A DNA stretch of 64,000 nt from a virus (IMGVR_UViG_3300008108_000013); one strand, 5' to 3'. Counted from the stretch's first letter, positions 47,097-56,325 are shown. Numbers and translations are program-made. The notes: a model not told the origin generated them from the letters alone.

Positions 47097-48229
47097 TGTT
47101 CTTCCAAATCAGTAGACACCCTGATAATAGTTTTCCTAATCACTGCCACTGGGGTGATCTAGTCGTTAATCACGATAACGGTTGGACACTCCAAGATAAT
47201 ATACTTTATAAAGGTACTGTATCGTCAGGGCTTCTAAAAATTGATAGTCTAAAAGACTTCGAAAAAGAAAAAGGAACATTTTGTATTTTAGAATACAAAG
47301 ATAATGGTGTGTATGTTGAAACAGGAGAAAAACAAAAATTTCCTATCTTCGTCGATGATGATAATTTATTAGTAACAAATATCTGGCGGGACCAAGAATC
47401 GTTCCAAGGTAAAGTATTTGTCACTAATAAAATTAAAAAAATTCCATACATACAACCGTCATACAAACATTTAAATTTATCCGATGATCAAATCATCGAT
47501 GCTGTAGATAATTTAATCGAGCAAACTATTTTAAATTTTAAAACAGATAAACCTTTTCAATTATTTGTTTCAGGTGGTGTAGATACAATTATACTAGCCG
47601 CGTACCTACTGAAAAATAAACTACCGTACGAACTTATCCCCGGCGAACACACTGAGATGGATTATTTTTTATGCCATAATAGAAGTAAACTAAAGAATTA
47701 TTGGGCGTATGCTGGCGGATCGCATCATTGGAAGGAACAAAGGATAGTAATATCAGGTGCTCATGGTGATGAAAATCTGCTGAGGAATCCTGTAAGTGCT
47801 TACTTGATTTTAAAACATAATAATGAAAATTTAAAATCAGTTTGTGAACAAAATTTAAACTTATACCATAGTAAATATTTTCTTCAAAAAAAACATCTAA
47901 ATCTTTTTGACACTTTAAAAGACTTAGAATTTGATAGCGATGAAAAGTTAAAAGATTGGCTATTAAAAGGTAATACTGTAGATTATCAACACTGGCATTT
48001 AGGAAATACAATATTTTTTACTCCATTCGACAACTTAGAGTTATTCAATTTAATGTTAAATCTAAGTTATGATAGGGCTAGAAATCAACTGCTCGATGCG
48101 AGTATAAGTAAAGAACTGATTAGACGTAATTACCCAAGTCTATTAAAATACGTTTCCCAATCAAAAAACGAAAGAAATTTTGAAAATTTAGCTAAAGTAT
48201 ATGACGGCTTAGAACATCTAGGTGATTAA
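47096..48229 (+). CDS. Asparagine synthetase-like N-type ATP pyrophosphatase
   Basis: LFVSGGVDT and ISGAHGDE motifs. No N-terminal Cys. TAATG-coupled to queE. Confidence 0.7.
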   Translation: MFFQISRHPDNSFPNHCHWGDLVVNHDNGWTLQDNILYKGTVSSGLLKIDSLKDFEKEKGTFCILEYKDNGVYVETGEKQKFPIFVDDDNLLVTNIWRDQESFQGKVFVTNKIKKIPYIQPSYKHLNLSDDQIIDAVDNLIEQTILNFKTDKPFQLFVSGGVDTIILAAYLLKNKLPYELIPGEHTEMDYFLCHNRSKLKNYWAYAGGSHHWKEQRIVISGAHGDENLLRNPVSAYLILKHNNENLKSVCEQNLNLYHSKYFLQKKHLNLFDTLKDLEFDSDEKLKDWLLKGNTVDYQHWHLGNTIFFTPFDNLELFNLMLNLSYDRARNQLLDASISKELIRRNYPSLLKYVSQSKNERNFENLAKVYDGLEHLGD

Positions 48230-48241
48230 AGGATAAGATAA

Positions 48242-48532
48242 ATGAATTTATGGCAAAAAGTTAAAGACTTCTGGATACGCAGTTACACTAGTGATCGTCG
48301 TGCATTTTACTATGAAACGATTGCCAGTATCTGTGTTTTTACATCAATGACTTGGATTAGTATAACAGCACAACATCCGCCTATGCACTTGATCTATCCA
48401 GTTAGTTTTGTTGGAGCAGTTTTTAGTGTAGCAGGATTTATGAGGAGAGGCGCAGGGTGGCCTTTAGTAATGACTTGCTATTTTGGGTGTTTACATATAT
48501 TTGGGTTCGGAAGAGCTATGGGATGGTATTAA
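48242..48532 (+). CDS. Small multi-TM membrane protein
   Basis: Three hydrophobic segments. Confidence 0.65.
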   Translation: MNLWQKVKDFWIRSYTSDRRAFYYETIASICVFTSMTWISITAQHPPMHLIYPVSFVGAVFSVAGFMRRGAGWPLVMTCYFGCLHIFGFGRAMGWY

Positions 48533-48533
48533 T

Positions 48534-48941
48534 ATGAAAAATTGGTTGAAAAGTTTTTTTGGGATTGATAAATTAGAAAAAGAAAGAGCAGAGATATTAG
48601 CTAGAGTAGCTGAGGCAAAATCTAAAGAAGAAATCTCAAAGATGTCGCCTAAAGATCTTGCAACTAAAAGAGGCGAGCCTTGGGTAGCTGTACTCGATAC
48701 TAAGGTTAATAAAGACAACGTTCGAAATGGTTTTTTTGAACTAGATTGGAATGAATATTTTATCACTGAACTTAAAAAAGCAGGGTATGGATTCGACGGT
48801 GACCCTGAAGAAGAAATTGTAGATCGGTGGTTTCGAGATCTAGCAAGAAACATGCTAGCCGAAGAAGGATTGGACGCTTCAAGAAGTGCTGGATTTATCA
48901 ACGTAAACAAAATTAATAAAAATCAATCCGAAGTATCGTAA
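48534..48941 (+). CDS. Hypothetical protein
   Basis: EPWV.VL...GFFELDWN..FI..L pattern. Confidence 0.65.
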   Translation: MKNWLKSFFGIDKLEKERAEILARVAEAKSKEEISKMSPKDLATKRGEPWVAVLDTKVNKDNVRNGFFELDWNEYFITELKKAGYGFDGDPEEEIVDRWFRDLARNMLAEEGLDASRSAGFINVNKINKNQSEVS

Positions 48942-49522
48942 TGAACAGAATTGTTGACAATCACGAGTATATTGATCAATATAATTGGTCTTCTCTCATT
49001 ACAGAAACAGATAATCAAGAAATAATGCGTGTTGTTAAATCAATTATCGACAACGGAAATTATTTTAAAAATAGTCCTAAGTTTCAAACACAAGAAAATT
49101 TATTTGCTAGGCAAGAAACTGTTTTCTTAAAAATGAGACAGAGCTTTATATATTCTTGCTTTATGTTTTTAGGCGGGGAGGTACGTATTAAAAACATGAT
49201 GAGTTGGTGCTTTATGACTAGTCAAAACGAAGTCGAGAACCGAGAAGATCTCTGGCACACTCATCATTTAAATGACAACAACGGAACGACTAATACTTTG
49301 AGCGGTGTATGGTATGTTAATATTCCAAAATCAATAACAAACTATGATACCGCAGGAACCGAATTCTGTTTAGATTGGGCAAACAAACAGGATTACATTT
49401 ATCTCAGACCAAATAACTTGACATGGAACATATATCCTAGTAAACTGTGGCATAGGCCCGGAATCATTGATACTGATGAGTACCGATTCGTTTTTGCCGC
49501 AGACATGGAATATTATAAATGA
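48941..49522 (+). CDS. Probable 2OG-Fe(II) oxygenase
   Basis: WHTH..TLSGVWYVNIP..GTEF..YPSKLWHRP..RFVFAAD motifs. Confidence 0.65.
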   Translation: MNRIVDNHEYIDQYNWSSLITETDNQEIMRVVKSIIDNGNYFKNSPKFQTQENLFARQETVFLKMRQSFIYSCFMFLGGEVRIKNMMSWCFMTSQNEVENREDLWHTHHLNDNNGTTNTLSGVWYVNIPKSITNYDTAGTEFCLDWANKQDYIYLRPNNLTWNIYPSKLWHRPGIIDTDEYRFVFAADMEYYK

Positions 49523-50514
49523 CATATATTTTGGTTGATACAGCCAACACATTTTTCCGTGCTAGACACGTAATCAACGGTTCTAGCGACATTAAACTTG
49601 GCATGGCTTTCCATATTACTTTTAACAGTATTAAGAAAGCATGGAATGACTTTGAAGGGAAACATGTCGTATTCTGTTTAGAAGGTCGCTCGTGGCGCAA
49701 AGACTTTTACACCCCGTATAAGCGTAATCGACAAGAAACTAGAGATGCATTAACTCCTAAAGAACAAGAAGAAGACAAATTGTTCTGGGAAGCATTTGAC
49801 GAATTCAAATCATTTGTTATCGAAAAGACTAACTGTACTGTATTACATCACCCGCAACTAGAAGCAGATGATTTAATTGCAGGCTTTATTCAAAGTCATC
49901 CTAAAGATAAACATGTCATTATTTCAACCGACAGTGACTTCTATCAGCTCATTGCACCGAATGTAAGTCAATATAACGGTGTCCAAGAACATCATATCAC
50001 ACACGAAGGAATCTATGATGCCAAGGGTAAACTTGTCGTTGATAAAAAAACAAAAGAACCTAAAGAAGCTCCAAACCCGGAATGGCTCTTGTTTGAAAAA
50101 TGTATGCGTGGTGATACCAGTGATAATGTCTTCTCGGCGTATCCAGGTGTGCGTACTAAAGGTACAAAAAACAAAGTGGGTCTTACAGAAGCGTTCGAAG
50201 ATCGTAAAAGCAAAGGATTTGCGTGGAACAATCTCATGCTACAGAGATGGGTTGATCATGAAGGAAAAGAACACAGAGTTTTGGAAGACTATGAGAGAAA
50301 TAGGCGACTAATCGATCTTGCACATCAACCCGAAGATATTAAAGAGCTTATTAAGAAAACAATCGAAGTAGATTGTGTTCCTAAAGACATTACACAAGTA
50401 GGTATTCGTATGCTCAAGTTTTGTAATCATTGGGACATGAAAAAAATTGCTGATAATATTCAACAATACGCAGAACCATTCCAAGCAAAATATCCAGAAA
50501 GAGTAGAGGCATAA
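49519..50514 (+). CDS. rnh: 5'-3' exonuclease / T4 RNase H-like
   Basis: VDTAN..FR, EADDLIA, STDSDFYQL and GDTSDNV motifs. Confidence 0.9.
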   Translation: MTYILVDTANTFFRARHVINGSSDIKLGMAFHITFNSIKKAWNDFEGKHVVFCLEGRSWRKDFYTPYKRNRQETRDALTPKEQEEDKLFWEAFDEFKSFVIEKTNCTVLHHPQLEADDLIAGFIQSHPKDKHVIISTDSDFYQLIAPNVSQYNGVQEHHITHEGIYDAKGKLVVDKKTKEPKEAPNPEWLLFEKCMRGDTSDNVFSAYPGVRTKGTKNKVGLTEAFEDRKSKGFAWNNLMLQRWVDHEGKEHRVLEDYERNRRLIDLAHQPEDIKELIKKTIEVDCVPKDITQVGIRMLKFCNHWDMKKIADNIQQYAEPFQAKYPERVEA

Positions 50515-50515
50515 T

Positions 50516-51439
50516 ATGGCAACAAAAGATGAAAAACAAGAATTAATCGATATCCTTAAATTTACACCCTGTACTTACAAAGTGCGGCTTTGGGGTTACG
50601 GAGGCGAGCATGTTATGGGTACTGTAGATCGTAAAGTCTACGATTACTTTAAACAACGTAGGCTTGATGTTTCTGAGTTTGCTTGGGACAGCGACTACGC
50701 CGAAGAAAACAATATTCCAGAAGATATGCAACCATTTTGGCCAGGAAGCTGGCATGACTGTGACAACATGGGGCATTGTTGGGGTGTAGATCGAGGTGCA
50801 GGCACTATCCAAGTAGACGACGAGAATGGAAATACTATCTATGAAAAATCTCTAGACGATATTGTAGGATATGACGAAGAAAATCCTGAACCCGAATGGA
50901 GTTGTGGTGACGAAGTATGGATCGATAGTCAACCTCCAGGTACTGTAGTTTTTATCGGCACTAGCTCAGAAAAAGGCACATTCTTCGAAGCCGACCTTGA
51001 ACTTAAGATGCCGTTTGATCCTGCTAAACTATGCCTACACTATGACGAGATCGACGGCAATGAGATCATCACTTCAGTAAGCTACGACGAAGAAGAATTG
51101 AATAATGACGGCGGTGACACTAACGGCAAAAGTACAGACTTTGGTTTCTATATTGCAGGATCACAAAAAGACGGTAAATGGGAACGATATCGAAATATGG
51201 ATGATATTGAATACGGCCTAACAGAATGGTTTCCCGCTAAAGTCAACCCAGAACGCACAGGCAAATATAATGTCAAGACCAAAGACGGCTACAACTATCA
51301 AGCTATTTGGAATGGCGAGTTCTGGCACAACGATTGGAACGATGAAAAGATCAAAGTTAAAGAATGGCAAGGAATTGCCTATGATCCAGACGAACACTTT
51401 TTGCGTGAAGAACTAGATAACATCATCTTGGAGAACTAA
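50516..51439 (+). CDS. Acidic hypothetical protein
   Basis: 307 aa, D/E/W-rich. Confidence 0.7.
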   Translation: MATKDEKQELIDILKFTPCTYKVRLWGYGGEHVMGTVDRKVYDYFKQRRLDVSEFAWDSDYAEENNIPEDMQPFWPGSWHDCDNMGHCWGVDRGAGTIQVDDENGNTIYEKSLDDIVGYDEENPEPEWSCGDEVWIDSQPPGTVVFIGTSSEKGTFFEADLELKMPFDPAKLCLHYDEIDGNEIITSVSYDEEELNNDGGDTNGKSTDFGFYIAGSQKDGKWERYRNMDDIEYGLTEWFPAKVNPERTGKYNVKTKDGYNYQAIWNGEFWHNDWNDEKIKVKEWQGIAYDPDEHFLREELDNIILEN

Positions 51440-51440
51440 A

Positions 51441-51941
51441 ATGGCTGATTGGACTGTATCAACTTACTATAAAAAATCCATCGAAGAGCATGAACACTTT
51501 ACCAAAGATGGCATGGAAATTGTTCGCAAAACAGGATGGAGATCTGGTAGCTGGAATGTAACTACATCCGACGATAATCCTCCAGAATTTCAGTTTGACT
51601 ATGTTCCAGGTGGCGACGGAAGTAAAGACAGCGTTGATATAAACAACTTTCCCGGGCCTAACATCGAAGATGTTGAGCTGATCGAAACATTTGACGGTTG
51701 CTGGGAAGATGTAGACTGGCCTGAAGACATGGACGAAGAAGAACGTGAGCGTCTAGAAGCGTTAATTGAAGAAGAAGGATTTTATGCTCTTGAAGAAGAG
51801 GAAGGTTGGATGCAATCCGATACAGAGATGTGGCTTTGGGGTCCTATCCTAATCGAAGGTGAAAACGATTTTCGTAAGATCATTATTGCTGATAAAGATG
51901 GTAATGTAACCGACTTTAAGGATGAAGATGATGAAGTGTAA
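51441..51941 (+). CDS. Very acidic hypothetical protein
   Basis: 166 aa, D/E/W-rich. GGAG RBS. Confidence 0.7.
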   Translation: MADWTVSTYYKKSIEEHEHFTKDGMEIVRKTGWRSGSWNVTTSDDNPPEFQFDYVPGGDGSKDSVDINNFPGPNIEDVELIETFDGCWEDVDWPEDMDEEERERLEALIEEEGFYALEEEEGWMQSDTEMWLWGPILIEGENDFRKIIIADKDGNVTDFKDEDDEV

Positions 51942-52086
51942 TTTTTGCGGTGAAGAAGTAAAAGAAAACGGTATTGGATGCGATTGGCGGCAAGGACGAT
52001 GCCCACATCGTACGCCTATGTTAACCGATTACCACTTCAGATATTATAATTTAGTACATTGGATCAAGGGCCTTTTTAAAAGATAA
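51931..52086 (+). CDS. 51-aa Cys-rich (Zn-finger-like) protein, below ORF-track cutoff
   Basis: MKCNFCGEE...GCDWRQGRCPH... fills the gap between genes. Confidence 0.55.
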   Translation: MKCNFCGEEVKENGIGCDWRQGRCPHRTPMLTDYHFRYYNLVHWIKGLFKR

Positions 52087-52097
52087 ATATATGCGTA
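52081..52097 (+). promoter_or_regulatory. 17-bp repeated promoter-like motif
   Basis: AGATAAATATATGCGTA. Exact copy at 52856-52872, 2-mismatch copy at 56291-56307. Confidence 0.7.
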
Positions 52098-52139
52098 CAT
52101 TACTAAGGTGCCTGCGGGGCCTAGTATAAGGAGACTAAA

Positions 52140-52622
52140 ATGACAGACATACATGCTAAACCCATCGTCGATGGAAAATTCTGGATTGTAGAACAAGATG
52201 GCGAGAAAATCGCAACTCTACATAAAAAAGAAAATAATAAATTCGTCTTGAGTAGCACCAACGGCGAGATGATGTTTAACAAGAAAGAAGATCTTACAAA
52301 AGAATTTGGTAAGGGATTTTTCTTAACTAGCGAAAAAGTCAAAGTTACAAAAGCCGAAGAAGTAAAAGAATGTCATGGCTTTCCAACTTCATGCAAACCA
52401 TTTAACGCTATGTTCGATGTTCAACGTCGTTTACCATTATTTACAAAAAGTAATCAAAGTAGAAGTCTATACTGTGCCGGTTACTACATCATCAAATTTG
52501 ACAAAGGATGGGTCAAGAGTTTTTGTCCTAAAGCAATTACAATTGAACGTTACCCGTACAAAGGTCCATTTAAAACTGAAATTGAAATGAAACAGGTATT
52601 GACCAATGCAAAATCAGATTAA
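52140..52622 (+). CDS. Hypothetical protein
   Basis: AAGGAG RBS, 160 aa. Confidence 0.7.
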   Translation: MTDIHAKPIVDGKFWIVEQDGEKIATLHKKENNKFVLSSTNGEMMFNKKEDLTKEFGKGFFLTSEKVKVTKAEEVKECHGFPTSCKPFNAMFDVQRRLPLFTKSNQSRSLYCAGYYIIKFDKGWVKSFCPKAITIERYPYKGPFKTEIEMKQVLTNAKSD

Positions 52623-52854
52623 CTTATCACCAATTACTCAGTTTGTCCAGCAAATTAGAGTAGCTGAACAAACTCAGAGTAAAGAAGTTAAATTAAACAT
52701 ACAGCAGGCAAGAATGCTAATGCTATCTCTTGTAGAATGCATGGATAAATTAAACCGTGATTACGAAACGCTTTATAACGACCTTAAACGCAGTACTGAT
52801 ACTGAAGTTATTAATGTAAGTATGGACGGTGGAGGGTTTGATAACTCTAAATAA
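52606..52854 (+). CDS. Hypothetical protein
   Basis: 82-aa helical ORF. Confidence 0.6.
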   Translation: MQNQINLSPITQFVQQIRVAEQTQSKEVKLNIQQARMLMLSLVECMDKLNRDYETLYNDLKRSTDTEVINVSMDGGGFDNSK

Positions 52855-52892
52855 GAGATAAATATATGCGTAGTTAATTGGAGGCTTATTTG

Positions 52893-53177
52893 ATGAGTAG
52901 ACCCAAGCCACGCATATTATTAGAACATACAAATAAAAAAACTTACAAATGTGAACAGGTATTAGAAGCTGACGCCATCTGGGCTGTCTTCTTTAAAGGC
53001 GAGCCTTTCAATTTAAAAAGTTTCAATAGCTTAACAAGTTATCCCGGACCTAAATATAAAAAAGTTTCATTTAGTAATCCCGGTCATGCCCACAATCTCG
53101 CCAAAAAATTAAATTTAACATTTGGTACAAATGATTTCCAAGTAGTTAAATTAACATCTGGTACTATAGTAAAATGA
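52893..53177 (+). CDS. Hypothetical protein
   Basis: GGAGG RBS before MSRPKP. Confidence 0.7.
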   Translation: MSRPKPRILLEHTNKKTYKCEQVLEADAIWAVFFKGEPFNLKSFNSLTSYPGPKYKKVSFSNPGHAHNLAKKLNLTFGTNDFQVVKLTSGTIVK

Positions 53178-53575
53178 TAGAACGAGATGTGCTAACTAAA
53201 ATCTTTTTACAACAATGGGGCAAAAGCATAGACGATGCCAATGTTCAGTTGTACTCAAGAAGATGGTGGCAATCAAATCGTGTAAACAAACAAACAGCAT
53301 TTAGACTAAGTGAAGAAGGTTTTGAGTTCCTCGTAAATGATTTGGAATTGAAATCATATGAGGTTCCATTCACCGAGCCGATCGAACTTAGTCCCCAAAC
53401 TATTATCTTTTTAGAGAGATATGTTGACTGTCCATATTTCTTAACTGAAAGTAGTATAACAGTTTTCTCTGAAAAAAAGAGTTTCGAGCTTTACTTGTTT
53501 TCAGACGACATCCGAAAATTTGGACTAATTAAAGCAATGAACGAGCGTCAAAAAGACATAAACTCTGAAAAATAA
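53174..53575 (+). CDS. Hypothetical protein
   Basis: ATGA coupling, 133 aa. Confidence 0.65.
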   Translation: MIERDVLTKIFLQQWGKSIDDANVQLYSRRWWQSNRVNKQTAFRLSEEGFEFLVNDLELKSYEVPFTEPIELSPQTIIFLERYVDCPYFLTESSITVFSEKKSFELYLFSDDIRKFGLIKAMNERQKDINSEK

Positions 53576-53578
53576 TAG

Positions 53579-53607
53579 TTGACAGTACCACCTACTTCGC
53601 TTATAAT
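53579..53607 (+). promoter_or_regulatory. Consensus sigma70 promoter upstream of the MoxR-like gene
   Basis: TTGACA-N17-TATAAT. Confidence 0.85.
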
Positions 53608-53660
53608 ACACACATAACGCAACAAATTCCGTTTGTAACACACTTTTTAAAGGATATAAA

Positions 53661-54752
53661 ATGAGCGAAGTTATTAGCCGCACAGTTGGCCCAAAAAATG
53701 CTAAAAAGTCTTTGCGTAAGGCTTTTAAGAACAAGCGTCCGATTTTCCTTTGGGGGCCTCCGGGTATTGGTAAATCCGATATCATTAAGCAACTCGGTGA
53801 CGAGCTAGATGCTCATGTTATTGATGTTCGACTCTCACTTTGGGAACCCACTGATATCAAAGGTATTCCTTACTTCGATTCTAATGTAAATAAAATGGTT
53901 TGGGCACCTCCTCTAGAATTGCCCGATGCTGAAATGGCAAGCCAACATAAGCAGATTATCCTGTTTATGGATGAAATGAACTCTGCGGCTCCTGCTGTAC
54001 AGGCGGCGGCTTATCAGCTAGTTCTTAACCGTCGTGTTGGTACTTATAAACTTCCTGATAATGTTGTAATGGTTGCCGCTGGTAACCGTGAAAGCGACAA
54101 GGGTGTTACTTATCGTATGCCTGCGCCGCTGGCTAACCGCTTCGTTCACTTGGAAATGACTGTTGATTGGGAAGACTGGCAAGATTGGGCTGTTGAAAAC
54201 AAGCTACACAAAGACGTTGTTGGTTTCCTTACTTTCTCTAAAAAGGACTTGTACGATTTTGATCCTAAGTCAGCGTCACGTGCTTTTGCAACACCTCGCT
54301 CATGGTCTTTTGTTAGCGAACTACTTATCGATGACGACTGTGACGAAAATACCCTTACAGATCTAACTTCTGGTGCAGTCGGTGAAGGTCTTGCTGTTAA
54401 GTTTATGGCGCACCGTAAACACGCTAGTAAGATGCCTAATCCATCGGACGTACTCAAAGGTAAAGTTAAAAAGATGGATTCTAAGGAAATTTCGGCACAA
54501 TACAGTTTGGTAGTTAGTCTGTGCTACGAACTCAAAGATGCCTGTGACAAAAATGTCAAAGATTGGAATGATCAAGTTAACTACTTCTTCCAGTTTATGA
54601 TGGACAATTTTGAAACTGAATTGGTTATCATGGGAACAAAACTAGCATTGAGCACTTACAAATTGCCGCTCGATCCAGATGAGATTAAATGCTTTGACGA
54701 CTTCCATGCTAAATTTGGCAAGTACATCGCCCAAGCAACAGAGAAGAGCTAA
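53661..54752 (+). CDS. MoxR-like AAA+ ATPase
   Basis: GPPGIGKS, LFMDE, AAGN, PLANRF and ATPRSW motifs. Confidence 0.85.
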   Translation: MSEVISRTVGPKNAKKSLRKAFKNKRPIFLWGPPGIGKSDIIKQLGDELDAHVIDVRLSLWEPTDIKGIPYFDSNVNKMVWAPPLELPDAEMASQHKQIILFMDEMNSAAPAVQAAAYQLVLNRRVGTYKLPDNVVMVAAGNRESDKGVTYRMPAPLANRFVHLEMTVDWEDWQDWAVENKLHKDVVGFLTFSKKDLYDFDPKSASRAFATPRSWSFVSELLIDDDCDENTLTDLTSGAVGEGLAVKFMAHRKHASKMPNPSDVLKGKVKKMDSKEISAQYSLVVSLCYELKDACDKNVKDWNDQVNYFFQFMMDNFETELVIMGTKLALSTYKLPLDPDEIKCFDDFHAKFGKYIAQATEKS

Positions 54753-54767
54753 ACAAGTTTGACTCGA

Positions 54768-54796
54768 TTGACACCGCCTACGGGCGGTGTTATAAT
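54768..54796 (+). promoter_or_regulatory. Consensus sigma70 promoter whose spacer forms a hairpin
   Basis: TTGACA-N17-TATAAT with ACACCGCC-TACG-GGCGGTGT. Confidence 0.85.
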
Positions 54797-54824
54797 ATAT
54801 ACATAGTGTAAAGGAGCAAACAAT

Positions 54825-56009
54825 ATGGCACATGCCGATCCAATTATTGACAAGATTATTGTAGCACGAGTAGGTCTTCTACTTCGTCATCCGTTTTTTG
54901 GTAATCTTGCGACTCGTATGAAAATCCAAGAAGCCGAAGATTGGTTGCCAACTGCGGCTACAGACGGACGTCATATATTTTTCAATCGTAAATTTTTCGA
55001 GCCTCTAACTGTTAAACAAGTAGAGTTTGTTATTGCTCATGAAATCCTTCATGCTGTATTTGATCATATGAGTCGTCGTGAAGGTCGTAATCCGCAGGTA
55101 TTTAACATTGCCTGTGACTATGCTGTAAATGGTCAAATTGTTCGTGATAAAATCGGCGACTACAATTTACCCGACATTAAAATCTTCCATGATCCGAAAT
55201 ACTATGGCTGGTCTGCTGAACAAATCTACGATGAGATTTTTGAGAAGTATGACGAGCAAGAACTTGCCGCACTAGGTCAATTGCTCGACGAACATCTCGA
55301 CGGTGACGGCAACGGTAAAGATGGGCAACCTAAATATAGCAAAGACGAGTTGAAAAAGATTCGCGATGAGATGCGTGAAGCTGTTATGCAAGCCGCGCAG
55401 GCGGCGGGTGCAGGTAATGTTCCAGCAAGTATCGCTCGTATGATCAAAGATTTTACTGAGCCCAAGATGAACTGGCGAGAAATTCTTCGTCAACAAATCC
55501 AAAGCACTATTAAGAATGACTACACCTTTATGCGTCCTAATCGAAAAGGATGGCATATGAGTGCAATTCTTCCAGGTACTAACTACGACGAAACTATTGA
55601 TGTATGTGTAGCAATTGACATGTCTGGGTCTATCGGTGATGAACAAGCCAAAGACTTTATGAGTGAGATTAAGGGTATCATGGAAGAATACAAAGATTTT
55701 AAAATTAAAATCTGGTGTTTTGATACTAGCGTTTATAACGAAGCAGACTTTGACGGTTACACCATGGACGAATTTATGAACTACGAGCCGATGGGCGGTG
55801 GTGGCACTGACTTTATGTGTAACTGGGAGTATATGAAGGAAAATCAAATACAACCTAAGAAATTTATTATGTTCACTGACGGTTATCCTTTTGGATCTTG
55901 GGGTGAAGAAGAATACTGTGATACTGTGTTTATTATCCATGGTAACAATACTATTGTTCCTCCGTTCGGTGAATATGCATACTACGACGAAGTTAAGGAA
56001 CTAGCGTAA
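54825..56009 (+). CDS. Metallopeptidase-like + VWA domain protein
   Basis: AHEILH (HExxH), MIDAS DMSGS, GGGGTDF and FTDG motifs. Confidence 0.85.
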   Translation: MAHADPIIDKIIVARVGLLLRHPFFGNLATRMKIQEAEDWLPTAATDGRHIFFNRKFFEPLTVKQVEFVIAHEILHAVFDHMSRREGRNPQVFNIACDYAVNGQIVRDKIGDYNLPDIKIFHDPKYYGWSAEQIYDEIFEKYDEQELAALGQLLDEHLDGDGNGKDGQPKYSKDELKKIRDEMREAVMQAAQAAGAGNVPASIARMIKDFTEPKMNWREILRQQIQSTIKNDYTFMRPNRKGWHMSAILPGTNYDETIDVCVAIDMSGSIGDEQAKDFMSEIKGIMEEYKDFKIKIWCFDTSVYNEADFDGYTMDEFMNYEPMGGGGTDFMCNWEYMKENQIQPKKFIMFTDGYPFGSWGEEEYCDTVFIIHGNNTIVPPFGEYAYYDEVKELA

Positions 56010-56296
56010 TGGCATTAAAAAACGGCAAACCTAATCCTCTTAATTATTTCGATATGAGAAGAGTAGAGTTTGCCGCACCTCACTTTAAATATACTACATT
56101 AGACAGATATAGCCCCACATTACATTCTAGACTAGATTCTTGGATAAAGCATAATTTAAACAGCCGATATTACATAGGGCAAGATCTTGGACTAGACAAC
56201 ACTAATACAATCGTATATACTACTCGTATAGGATTTGAGTCGGAGAAGGAGCTCAGTTTCTTCACGATTGCCTGTCCGTATTTACAAACGAGATAA
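56009..56296 (+). CDS. Hypothetical protein
   Basis: TAATG coupling, 95 aa. Confidence 0.65.
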   Translation: MALKNGKPNPLNYFDMRRVEFAAPHFKYTTLDRYSPTLHSRLDSWIKHNLNSRYYIGQDLGLDNTNTIVYTTRIGFESEKELSFFTIACPYLQTR

Positions 56297-56325
56297 TTAT
56301 ATACGTACTTTTCAAAGGAGATACT

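Noticed and set aside
51940-52080. GC-richer gap considered as a tRNA or ncRNA
   Set aside because: No cloverleaf or T-loop consensus. It is better explained by the 51-aa Cys-rich ORF
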